Shown piece after piece: positions 49,741-57,935 of a stretch of DNA of 64,000 nt. Every line of letters begins with the position of its first letter. Position 1 is the first letter of the stretch. This stretch comes from Mycobacterium sp. (GTDB taxonomy: Bacteria; Actinomycetota; Actinomycetes; Mycobacteriales; Mycobacteriaceae). The stretch spans positions 16,037-80,036 of the forward strand of contig JAOPWC010000127.1 of assembly GCA_025965895.1 (NCBI GenBank), read 5' to 3'. Under the pieces are notes generated by a model. The model did not search any database and was not told where the DNA came from. It saw only the letters and a list, made by a program, of their open reading frames with translations. The translations under genes and the position numbers were made by a program.

Positions 49741-50439
49741 ATGAACGACTTAGACACCGGAGTTCGCTCGCGGGGCAGGCTGGATATGCCGCGCAGCCGG
49801 GGTGCGGCGAGCGGATTTCTGCTGATTCTGCTGGGGGCGTGGGGGGCGCTGATCCCCTTCATCGGGCCCTACTTCAACTTCGCGTACACGCCGGATCAGG
49901 AATGGACCTGGACGTCTGCGCGAGGCTGGCTCGAGGTGTTGCCGGGAGCAGCCACCGCGGTTGGCGGGCTGCTGCTTCTCGGCTCCCGCAACCGCGCGAC
50001 CGCGATGCTTGGCGGCTGGCTCACCGTTGTCGCGGGCGCGTGGTTCATCGTCGGCCCGGTCCTCGCCGGTCCGCTGGGCATCGGTGATCCCGGCAGCCCC
50101 GTCGCATCGACAGACGCGAAGCGGGTGGCGCTGGAGCTCACCTACTTCTCAGGGCTCGGTGCGCTGATCGTGTTCCTCGGCGCCGTGGCGTTGGGCCGGT
50201 TGTCGATTCGCAGCCTGCGCGACATCCGTTATGCGCAGCGCCCGGTCGGCGCGGCCGCGGTGCCGCCGGAGCGGACGGCAGAGCCGGGCCGCCCCGACGC
50301 GCCGCCACCGGGCGAGGCCGGTGAACCGGTGACCGAGCGGGTGGACGCACCGGGAGGCGAGGTGCCCGCAACCGAGCCGCGGCGCCGTGGGCTGGGCGGC
50401 ATGTTCGGCCGTCGCCACCCGACCACCGCAGACCGCTAG
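49741..50439 (+). CDS. Conserved mycobacterial membrane protein with Pro-rich C-terminus
   Basis: Strong SD AAGGAGG. Four TM helices. No enzymatic motif. Confidence 0.7.
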   Translation: MNDLDTGVRSRGRLDMPRSRGAASGFLLILLGAWGALIPFIGPYFNFAYTPDQEWTWTSARGWLEVLPGAATAVGGLLLLGSRNRATAMLGGWLTVVAGAWFIVGPVLAGPLGIGDPGSPVASTDAKRVALELTYFSGLGALIVFLGAVALGRLSIRSLRDIRYAQRPVGAAAVPPERTAEPGRPDAPPPGEAGEPVTERVDAPGGEVPATEPRRRGLGGMFGRRHPTTADR

Positions 50440-50442
50440 CGT

Positions 50443-51876
50443 TCAGGTGATCTTGGCCATCACGTGCTTGACGCGGGTGTAGTCCTCGAACCCGTACATC
50501 GACAGATCCTTGCCGTGGCCCGAGGACTTGAAACCGCCATGCGGCATCTCGGCGACCACCGGGATGTGGGTGTTGATCCACACACATCCGAAATCCAGCG
50601 CGGCCGACACCCGCAGCGCCACGGACACATCCCTGGTCCAGACCGACGACGCCAAGCCATACTCGACGCCGTTGGCAAGCCGGATCGCCTCGTCCTCGTC
50701 GGCGAACGACTGCACCGTGATCACCGGCCCGAAGATCTCGTGCTGCGTGAGCCGGTCGTCCTGGGTCAGCCCCCCGATCACCGTCGGTTCGACGTAATAG
50801 CCCGCTTCGCCCTGTCGACGGCCGCCGGCCGCAACCGAAGCATGGTCGGGCACCTCGTTCAGGAAGCCGAGCACACGGTCGAACTGGTTGACGTTGTTGA
50901 TTGGCGGCACCCAGGCGTCCTCGGCGTCGGCCGGCTTGCCGAATGTCGTTGTCGCCGCGGCAGCCTGCTCGGCCAGCGCGGCGGTCAGGTCGGCGGCCAC
51001 CGAGGCATGCCCCAACACCCTGGTGGCCGCGGTGCAGTCCTGACCGGCGTTGAAATAGCCCGCCACCGCGATGTCTTCGGCGGCTTTGGCGATGTCGCTG
51101 TCCGGGAACACGATCACCGGGGCCTTGCCGCCGAGCTCCAGATGTGTGCGCTTGAGGTTGCCGCCGGCTGACGCCGCGACGGCACGCCCGGCGGCAACCG
51201 AACCGGTGATCGAAACCATCTGCGGTGTGGGATGTGCCACCAGCGCCGCACCGGTCCCGCGGTCACCCGTCACAACGTTCAGCACACCGGGGGGCAGATG
51301 CCTGGATGCCAACTCCGCCAGCATCACCGTGGTGACCGGCGTGGTGTCGCTGGGTTTGATCACGACCGTGTTGCCGGCCGCGATAGCGGGGACGAACTTC
51401 CAGATCGCCATCATCATCGGGTAGTTCCACGGCGTCACCTGCCCGATGACGCCAATCGGTTCGCGACGGATCCAGGAGGTGTGGCCCGCCATGTACTCAC
51501 CGGCCGACTTGCCCTCGAGAATTCTTGCGGCACCGGCGAAGAAGCGGATCTGATCGATCATCGGCGGAATCTCTTCGGCCATCGTCACGTGACGCGGCTT
51601 GCCGGTGTTGCGGCCTTCGGCCTCAACCAGCCCCTCGGCGGCGTTCTGAACCTCGTCGGCGAAATCGAGCAGCGCCTTCTGCCGGTGCGCCGGAGTGGTG
51701 CGCTTCCACTCGGAAAAGGCGCGCGCCGCGGCGGCGCAGGCATTGTCGACGTCCTCCTCGTTGGACACCTGGGCGCTGCCGTACCGCTCACCCGTACTGG
51801 GGTCGACGAGCGGCATCATCGCACCGCCGCCGGAGTCCACCAGCTTGCCGTCGATGAAATTCTGGACCGTTGTCAT
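50443..51876 (-). CDS. NAD-dependent aldehyde dehydrogenase (aminobutyraldehyde/succinic-semialdehyde type)
   Basis: ELGGKAP, catalytic Cys context NAGQDCTAA. 18 nt downstream of gabT. Confidence 0.88.
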   Translation of the reverse strand: MTTVQNFIDGKLVDSGGGAMMPLVDPSTGERYGSAQVSNEEDVDNACAAAARAFSEWKRTTPAHRQKALLDFADEVQNAAEGLVEAEGRNTGKPRHVTMAEEIPPMIDQIRFFAGAARILEGKSAGEYMAGHTSWIRREPIGVIGQVTPWNYPMMMAIWKFVPAIAAGNTVVIKPSDTTPVTTVMLAELASRHLPPGVLNVVTGDRGTGAALVAHPTPQMVSITGSVAAGRAVAASAGGNLKRTHLELGGKAPVIVFPDSDIAKAAEDIAVAGYFNAGQDCTAATRVLGHASVAADLTAALAEQAAAATTTFGKPADAEDAWVPPINNVNQFDRVLGFLNEVPDHASVAAGGRRQGEAGYYVEPTVIGGLTQDDRLTQHEIFGPVITVQSFADEDEAIRLANGVEYGLASSVWTRDVSVALRVSAALDFGCVWINTHIPVVAEMPHGGFKSSGHGKDLSMYGFEDYTRVKHVMAKIT

Positions 51877-51894
51877 CGTTGGTGCTCCTCTTCG

Positions 51895-53235
51895 TTAGAG
51901 GTCCGCGAGGATCAGAGCGAGAACATCAAGGCCTTCGGTGAGCAGCTCGTCGCTGATCGGCAACGGCGGCAGGAAGCGCAGCACGTTGTTGAACGTGCCG
52001 CAGGTGAGGACGATGACGCCTGCGGCGTGCACTCGCGAGGCCAACTCCCGGGTCAGATCGGGGTCGGGGTCCGCGGTGCCCGAGCGCACCAGCTCCATGG
52101 CGATCATCGCGCCGCGCCCGCGCACGTCGCCGATGCGGTCGTCCTCGGCCTGCATCCGCCCCAGCCGGTCCTTCATCAGCTGCTCGATACAGGCAGCGCG
52201 GCCGAGCAGGCCCTCAGCCTCGATCGTCTCGATGGAGGCCAGTGCCGCTGCGCACGCGACGGGGTTGCCGCCATAGGTGCCGCCGAGACCGCTGACGTGG
52301 GGGGCGTCCATGATTTCGGCACGGCCCGTGACCGCCGACAGCGGCAGCCCGTCGGCGATCCCCTTGGCGGTGACGATGAGGTCCGGCTCGATGCCCTCGT
52401 GTTCACAGGCGAACCACCGGCCGGTCCGCGCGAAGCCGGTCTGCACCTCGTCGGCGACGAACACCACGTCGTTGCGGCGGCACCAGTCCAGCAACGCGGG
52501 GAGGAAGCCGTCGGCCGGCACGATGAAGCCGCCCTCACCCTGGATCGGCTCGATGACGATGGCGGCCAAGTTGTCGGCGCCGATTGTCTTCTCGATTACC
52601 GAAATCGCTCTACGGGCCGCCAATTCGCCGTCAGTGGCCAGCTCCTTGTTCAGCTGCGCGTCCCGGTAGGGGTACGACAGCGGCGCACGGTAGACCTCTG
52701 GCGCGAACGGCCCGAAACCGCTCTTGTACGGCATCGACTTGGCGGTCAGCGCCATCGTCAGGTTGGTGCGGCCGTGATACGCGTGGTCGAACGCCACCAC
52801 CGCGCTCTTGTGGGTGTAGGCGCGAGCGACCTTGACCGCGTTCTCGACGGCCTCGGCGCCGGAGTTGAACAGCGCGGACCGTTTCTCGCCCGCGACCGGG
52901 GTAAGCCGGTTGAGTTCCTCGGCGACCGCGACGTAACCCTCGTACGGCGTGATCATGAAGCAGGTGTGCGTGAAGCGTGCGGCTTGTGCGCTCACCGCCT
53001 CGACGACGCGCGGCGCGGCGTTTCCGACTGTGGTCACCGCGATGCCCGAGCCCAGGTCGATCAGCCGGTTGCCGTCGACGTCCTCCACGATCCCGCCGCC
53101 CGCCCGCGCGGCATAGACGGGCATCGTGGTGCCGACTCCGCGCGCCACCGCGGCCGACTTGCGGTTGATCAGCTCCAGGGAACGGGGACCGGGAATCTCG
53201 GTGACGAGCCTGCGGCTCTGTTCCAGGATGCTCAC
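51895..53235 (-). CDS. gabT: 4-aminobutyrate aminotransferase
   Basis: Class III aminotransferase. FVADEVQTGFARTG, PLP-Lys region DLIVTAKGIADG. Confidence 0.92.
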   Translation of the reverse strand: MSILEQSRRLVTEIPGPRSLELINRKSAAVARGVGTTMPVYAARAGGGIVEDVDGNRLIDLGSGIAVTTVGNAAPRVVEAVSAQAARFTHTCFMITPYEGYVAVAEELNRLTPVAGEKRSALFNSGAEAVENAVKVARAYTHKSAVVAFDHAYHGRTNLTMALTAKSMPYKSGFGPFAPEVYRAPLSYPYRDAQLNKELATDGELAARRAISVIEKTIGADNLAAIVIEPIQGEGGFIVPADGFLPALLDWCRRNDVVFVADEVQTGFARTGRWFACEHEGIEPDLIVTAKGIADGLPLSAVTGRAEIMDAPHVSGLGGTYGGNPVACAAALASIETIEAEGLLGRAACIEQLMKDRLGRMQAEDDRIGDVRGRGAMIAMELVRSGTADPDPDLTRELASRVHAAGVIVLTCGTFNNVLRFLPPLPISDELLTEGLDVLALILADL

Positions 53236-53377
53236 GGTTCTCCTTGCGGGGCCTGCGCAGAGTGTCGAGCGGTCCCCGCGCGCAGATCGAGCCTAGTCGG
53301 AAGGCACGTCAAGAGTCGGTCCGTCGACCCGGTCGACGGCCGTGACCGGTGACCGGTGACCGGCGACGCGATTGTGC

Positions 53378-53854
53378 TCAAACCGGCGGTGTCGTCTGAA
53401 ATCCGGGACCAGCCTCCGGCGTCACATTCCGGGCGGTGATCTCTTCGCCACAACGCCCGCACGTGAGTTGCGGTTCGGCGATCTCACCGCAGCTCTCGTG
53501 ACGCAGCACGATCGGCGGCCCACTGGGGTGGGGCAGATGCTCGTCACCCCACCGCATCAGCGTCACGATCGATGCGAACAGGTCACCTCCGGCGTCCGTG
53601 AGCCGGTACTCGTGGCGCTCGGGATCACGCGAATACGGCACACGCTCGAGCAGGCCGGCGTCGACGAGCGTCCGCAGGCGTGCGGACAGCGTCGGGCGTG
53701 GGATGTTCAGGTTGCGCGTGAATTGACCGAACCGCCGCACCCCGAAGAAGGCTTCGCGCAAGATGAGCAGCGTCCAGCGCTCGCCCACCAGATCAAGGGC
53801 GCGCGCAACCGACTCGGCCTCGAACCGGTGGGAGAGGTCAGACGGTACCGCCAT
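53378..53854 (-). CDS. HxlR-family transcriptional regulator with Cys-containing C-terminal extension
   Basis: RWTLLILREAFFGVRRFGQFTRNLNIPRPTLSARLRTLVDAGLL. Confidence 0.85.
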   Translation of the reverse strand: MAVPSDLSHRFEAESVARALDLVGERWTLLILREAFFGVRRFGQFTRNLNIPRPTLSARLRTLVDAGLLERVPYSRDPERHEYRLTDAGGDLFASIVTLMRWGDEHLPHPSGPPIVLRHESCGEIAEPQLTCGRCGEEITARNVTPEAGPGFQTTPPV

Positions 53855-53916
53855 GGTTCAAGTATTGCACTGGTTCAGGAATTGAACCAGCAGTGGTAAC
53901 GTGATTGAACCAGTGC
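53854..53916. promoter_or_regulatory. Nested inverted repeats built on TGGTTCA/TGAACCA in the divergent HxlR / acyl-CoA-dehydrogenase-like promoter; candidate HxlR operator
   Basis: CTGGTTCA-GGAAT-TGAACCAG (53870-53890) is perfect. GCACTGGTTCA (53867-77) pairs with TGAACCAGTGC (53906-16). A further TGGTTCA lies at 53854-60. Confidence 0.5.
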
Positions 53917-53943
53917 ACGCGCCATCGACCACCGAGGCTTTTC

Positions 53944-55104
53944 ATGAACCACACCGATACCCTGACCGCGGCGCGAACGCCAGCGGCCACCGAGATCGCG
54001 ACGGTCGCAACGCAGATCGCCGAGGCGGCCCGGGAAGTGTCCGGCCAGATCGACGAAAGCCGGACTATTCCAACCGAACTCCTGACACGACTGCGCGACG
54101 CCGGCCTGTTGCGCGCCGGCGCACCCGTTGAGGTCAAAGCGCTCGAGCTACCGCCCGGCGTTGCGCTCGGCTGCGCGGAGGCCTTGGCTCGCGGGAACGC
54201 GTCGGTGGGGTGGTGTGTGTCGATCGCGATCACCAGCAGCCTTTTGGTCGGCTACCTGCCGACTACCAGCCGCGACGAGTTGTTCGGCGACGGCCGTGGC
54301 GTCGCCGCCGGCGTGTGGGCACCGCGCGGCAAGGCACGGTCGGTCGACGGCGGAGTCGTGGTGTCGGGTCGGTGGGCGTTCTGCAGCGGGATAACACACG
54401 CCGACGTGATGTTCGCCGGCTGCCTGCTCGACGACCTACCCCGGCCGTATGTGGTGGCGCTCCCCAAAGCCGACCTCGCGGTGCTTGACACCTGGCACAC
54501 GCTGGGTCTGCGCGGCACCGGCAGCCACGACACCGTCGCCGACGAAGTCTTCGTTCCCAGCGACCGGGTGCTGTCGATTTTCGACGGGCCGGCCGTGGAC
54601 CGCCCGCTCTACCGCTTCCCGGTGTTCGGCTTCTTTGCCCTCTCGATCGGGGCGGCCGCGCTGGGCAACGCGCAAGCGGCCATCGACGACTTGATCGACC
54701 TGGCGGGCGGCAAGAAGGGGTTGGGATCCACGCGGACCCTCGCCGAACGGCCGGCCACCCGAGCGGCAGTCGCCTCGGCCCAGTCGGCCCTGGACGCCGC
54801 CCGCGCGCTGTACTACCAGGCAATCGATGCGGCGTGGCGCGCCGGTCAGCACACCGAACCGGTGTCTGTCGCGTTGCGCAACCGGCTGCGGTTGGCGGCT
54901 ACACACGCTGTGCGCACTTCGGCTGATGTCGTGCGGGCGATGTATGAACTCGGCGGCGGCAGCGCCATCTACGACACTTCCCGGCTGCAACGACGATTCC
55001 GCGACGCTTTCACCGCCACGGCCCACTTCCAGGTCAACGACGCCTCCCGGGAACTGCCGGGGCGGGTCCTGCTCGGCCAGGCCGCCGACACGTCGATGTT
55101 GTGA
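53944..55104 (+). CDS. Acyl-CoA dehydrogenase-fold flavoprotein (possibly flavin-dependent monooxygenase type)
   Basis: 387 aa, three-domain ACAD layout. No adjacent ETF genes. Confidence 0.65.
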   Translation: MNHTDTLTAARTPAATEIATVATQIAEAAREVSGQIDESRTIPTELLTRLRDAGLLRAGAPVEVKALELPPGVALGCAEALARGNASVGWCVSIAITSSLLVGYLPTTSRDELFGDGRGVAAGVWAPRGKARSVDGGVVVSGRWAFCSGITHADVMFAGCLLDDLPRPYVVALPKADLAVLDTWHTLGLRGTGSHDTVADEVFVPSDRVLSIFDGPAVDRPLYRFPVFGFFALSIGAAALGNAQAAIDDLIDLAGGKKGLGSTRTLAERPATRAAVASAQSALDAARALYYQAIDAAWRAGQHTEPVSVALRNRLRLAATHAVRTSADVVRAMYELGGGSAIYDTSRLQRRFRDAFTATAHFQVNDASRELPGRVLLGQAADTSML

Positions 55105-55138
55105 CGCCGCCATGCCCCCACTGGACAGGAGAACGATC

Positions 55139-56170
55139 GTGAGCGCTGTCAATCGTCAATGCCGGTTGGCTGCCAGGCCGAGCGGCCTGCCCAGGCCCGA
55201 CGACTGGCAGCTGGTCGACGAGCCGCTCGACGATCCTGACGACGGCCAGTTTGTGGTACGCGTCGAACACCTTTCGATCGACCCGGCGATGCGGTCGTGG
55301 ATGAACGCCGGCCGCTCGTACGTCCCGCCGGTCGAGATCGGCGAGATCATGCGGGCCGCCGGCATCGGACGCGTCGTCGAGTCCCGTCATCCCGAATTCA
55401 GCGTCGGCGACCAGGTGTACGGCGTCTTCGGGGTGCAGCGCTACGCGGTGTCTGACGGGTCCGGTGTAACCAGGGTGGACACCACGCTGGCGCCGGCCCC
55501 GCTGCATTTGAGCGCTCTCGGGATCAGCGGTCTGACAGCATATTTCGGGCTTCTTGAGATAGGGCGACCGCAAGCGGGGGAGACGGTTGTCGTGTCGGGC
55601 GCCGCGGGCTCGGTCGGGAGCATCGCCGGTCAGATCGCACGGATCATGGGTTGCCGGGTCATCGGGATAGCCGGCGGGCAGGAGAAGTGCCGGTGGTTGG
55701 TCGACGAGCTCGGGTTCGACGCTGCCGTCGACTACACCACCGGTGACCTGCGGGCGCAGCTCAAGTCTCAGGCGCGCGAGGGCGTCGACGTGTTCTTCGA
55801 CAACGTCGGGGGAGAAGCATTGGAGGCAGCGCTGGCTCGGCTGGCGCGGGGTGCCCGGGTCATCCTGTGCGGCGCTGTGTCGCAGTACAACGCCACTGAG
55901 GCGCCCCGCGGACCGGCCAATTACATGCAGTTGTTGGTCGCGCGGGCATCGATGACCGGGTTTGTGATCTTTGACTACGCGGACCGCTACCGGCAAGGTG
56001 TTGCGCAGCTCGCGACGTGGTGGCGCAGCGGCGAGCTGCGCTCGCGCGAGGACATCGTCGAAGGTGACGTCAACGACTTCCCCGACACCCTCCTGAAGCT
56101 CTTCCGTGGCCACAACACGGGCAAGCTGATTCTGTCGCTCAACGAATCCTCGCGCAGAAGTGGGTGTTGA
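55139..56170 (+). CDS. NADP-dependent oxidoreductase, medium-chain (enone/quinone reductase-like)
   Basis: GTG after GGAGAA. VVVSGAAGSVGSIAGQIARIMG nucleotide motif. Confidence 0.82.
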   Translation: MSAVNRQCRLAARPSGLPRPDDWQLVDEPLDDPDDGQFVVRVEHLSIDPAMRSWMNAGRSYVPPVEIGEIMRAAGIGRVVESRHPEFSVGDQVYGVFGVQRYAVSDGSGVTRVDTTLAPAPLHLSALGISGLTAYFGLLEIGRPQAGETVVVSGAAGSVGSIAGQIARIMGCRVIGIAGGQEKCRWLVDELGFDAAVDYTTGDLRAQLKSQAREGVDVFFDNVGGEALEAALARLARGARVILCGAVSQYNATEAPRGPANYMQLLVARASMTGFVIFDYADRYRQGVAQLATWWRSGELRSREDIVEGDVNDFPDTLLKLFRGHNTGKLILSLNESSRRSGC

Positions 56171-56201
56171 CCGGAGGGCACGCCGGGAGGACGCTGATCG
56201 T

Positions 56202-56405
56202 GTGCCCGACATCAGTGAGCGGACATCGATCGACGAGGTCGAGCGTCGCCTCATCCAGCGGTACGCGACGTTACCGCCTGCTCAGGTCTCAACCGCCGTC
56301 CGGCAGGCCCATGCGCGATTCGAGCAGAGCCGAATATGGGATTTCGTTCCCTTGTTGGTGGAACGTCGCGCCGGCCACGAACTGGCCCACGTCACCGGGT
56401 TGTGA
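56202..56405 (+). CDS. Small 67-aa helical protein (actinobacterial three-helix-bundle-like family)
   Basis: GTG after GGGAGGA. IDEVERRLIQRY...IWDFVPLLVERRAGHEL. Confidence 0.45.
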   Translation: MPDISERTSIDEVERRLIQRYATLPPAQVSTAVRQAHARFEQSRIWDFVPLLVERRAGHELAHVTGL

Positions 56406-56766
56406 GCCGGCTCACCGTCAATAGCGAGCGGCCCCCCGGGTCGATTGTCTGCGCCGAGCTCGCCGGACGGGTGGTCCTGGAGATCGGTCCATCCAGGGAG
56501 AAGCGCGAATCGAGTTCTTCGATCAGGCGTTTCACCGTTTCGCGTTCACGTTCCTCATCACGGATGATCCGCCGCATCCGCCTGGCTTCCGACGATTCGT
56601 CGCGATTCTGATACCTGGTCAGCAGCCTCTGGTGGCCGGCGATCTTGTCACCGAGTTGCGTGTAGCGCTCGTGCAGCAGGCGCCGGAAGTACTCGGCCTG
56701 GCGTCGGTCGGCGGCGTGAGCCTCAGTGGCGGCATCCTCGGGAGCATCAGCCACAGGTGCTTTCAT
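56392..56766 (-). CDS. Hypothetical charged coiled-coil protein
   Basis: 124-aa ORF, Arg/Glu-rich heptad-like core. Its 3' end overlaps the convergent small gene by 14 nt. Confidence 0.4.
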   Translation of the reverse strand: MKAPVADAPEDAATEAHAADRRQAEYFRRLLHERYTQLGDKIAGHQRLLTRYQNRDESSEARRMRRIIRDEERERETVKRLIEELDSRFSLDGPISRTTRPASSAQTIDPGGRSLLTVSRLTTR

Positions 56767-56882
56767 CCGTGCAAACTAACCCACGTCCACTGCTCTGCAC
56801 GTGAGATCAACAAAAGCTAGCGCCTCATCTCGTCCTGCCCCGGTGTCTGTACATGTGACCACCAAGACCTTCTCCCACATCG

Positions 56883-57044
56883 TCAAACTGACCTACGAGC
56901 CGCGCTACCAATAATTTCGCTACCCGACGCAAAGTCGGCGAAGCGCCGCAGCCCGAGCGCCCAGCCATCGGGCGAGCCAACCGCATCGGCCATCCCCTGG
57001 CCGCCGTCACCCAGTCGCCAGAACTCGCTGTGGACCAGAACCAT
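56883..57044 (-). pseudogene. Truncated SRPBCC (Aha1/START-like) remnant downstream of ArsR
   Basis: MVLVHSEFWRLGDGGQGMADAVGSPDGWALGLRRFADFASG resembles only the last third of the about 150-aa SRPBCC proteins usually paired with ArsR. Overlaps the arsR 3' end in another frame. Confidence 0.35.
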
Positions 57045-57351
57045 CCTCGGTTGTGCTGTTGGCGAAATCTGCGAACGACCCCAAGGCGTCGCGCCACATG
57101 ACGTCGAGCCACTGGCGGAGCACCTCGAAGCCGTCGGTTGTCACGGTGTACACGCGTCGGGTGCCGACGGGCTCCGCCGAGACGATGCCCGCGTCCTTGA
57201 GAATTTTCAGGTGCTGTGACACCGCAGGCCTGCTTATCGGAAGTTGATCGGCCAGTTCCTGCACCGACGACGGGCGGCCGCGCACCAGGTCGAGGATCTG
57301 GCGGCGCATCGGGTCGGCCAGCGAGTCCAGGACCTTTCCGTAAGTCACCAC
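57007..57351 (-). CDS. ArsR/SmtB-family transcriptional regulator
   Basis: LADPMRRQILDLVRGRPSSVQELADQLPISRPAVSQHLKILKDAGIV. Confidence 0.88.
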   Translation of the reverse strand: MVTYGKVLDSLADPMRRQILDLVRGRPSSVQELADQLPISRPAVSQHLKILKDAGIVSAEPVGTRRVYTVTTDGFEVLRQWLDVMWRDALGSFADFANSTTEDGSGPQRVLATG

Positions 57352-57509
57352 TTACCGTTCATATCAGCTTACGGACAGGCGGTCAAGCTCCGGCGAGACG
57401 ACGCGCTGCGCCGCGACCTGTGAAAGAAGTGGCACACTGGTCAGTTGCGAGGCCCCTCAACTGACATGCCGGGGCCTGACATGCCTGAACTAGAAAGACA
57501 CTTGCTGCC

Positions 57510-57869
57510 ATGGACGTATTCGTCTTTTTGCCGCTCCTGATCGTCTTGGGGGCCTTCATGTACTTCGCGTCGCGGCGCCAGAAGCGCGCGATGAAGGCCA
57601 CCATCGACCTGCAGGAATCGCTACAGGTCGGAGACCGGGTGCACACCACCTCCGGAATGGAGGCCACCATCGCCGGGATCGGGGACGACACCGTCGACCT
57701 CGAGATCGCGCCCGCCGTGATCACCACCTGGATGAAGCTGGCGGTCCGTGACCGTATCGAGCCGGACACCGACGACGACGACGAGGATGCCGTCGACGAC
57801 GCCCCGGCCACGGCCGAATTGACCGACAGCGACGCGACCGGCGAACCGGGCCGCCTGACCAAGGACTGA
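57510..57869 (+). CDS. yajC: Preprotein translocase subunit YajC
   Basis: N-terminal TM plus RRQKRAMKATIDLQESLQVGDRVHTTSGMEATI. Confidence 0.92.
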   Translation: MDVFVFLPLLIVLGAFMYFASRRQKRAMKATIDLQESLQVGDRVHTTSGMEATIAGIGDDTVDLEIAPAVITTWMKLAVRDRIEPDTDDDDEDAVDDAPATAELTDSDATGEPGRLTKD

Positions 57870-57935
57870 GCCGCCTCTGGCGGCACGTAGGCTCTGCCGC
57901 TGTAGACGAACCGAACTCGAGGAGACCCTAAGAAC

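Noticed and set aside
51232-53352. 706-aa plus-strand ORF
   Set aside because: It is antisense to the aldehyde dehydrogenase and gabT. It has no motifs and shows the high-GC artefact composition.
56843-56914. Plus-strand mini-ORF VSVHVTTKTFSHIVKLTYEPRYQ
   Set aside because: It has no SD and no hydrophobic or other recognisable character, and it lies in a region that looks like decayed sequence.
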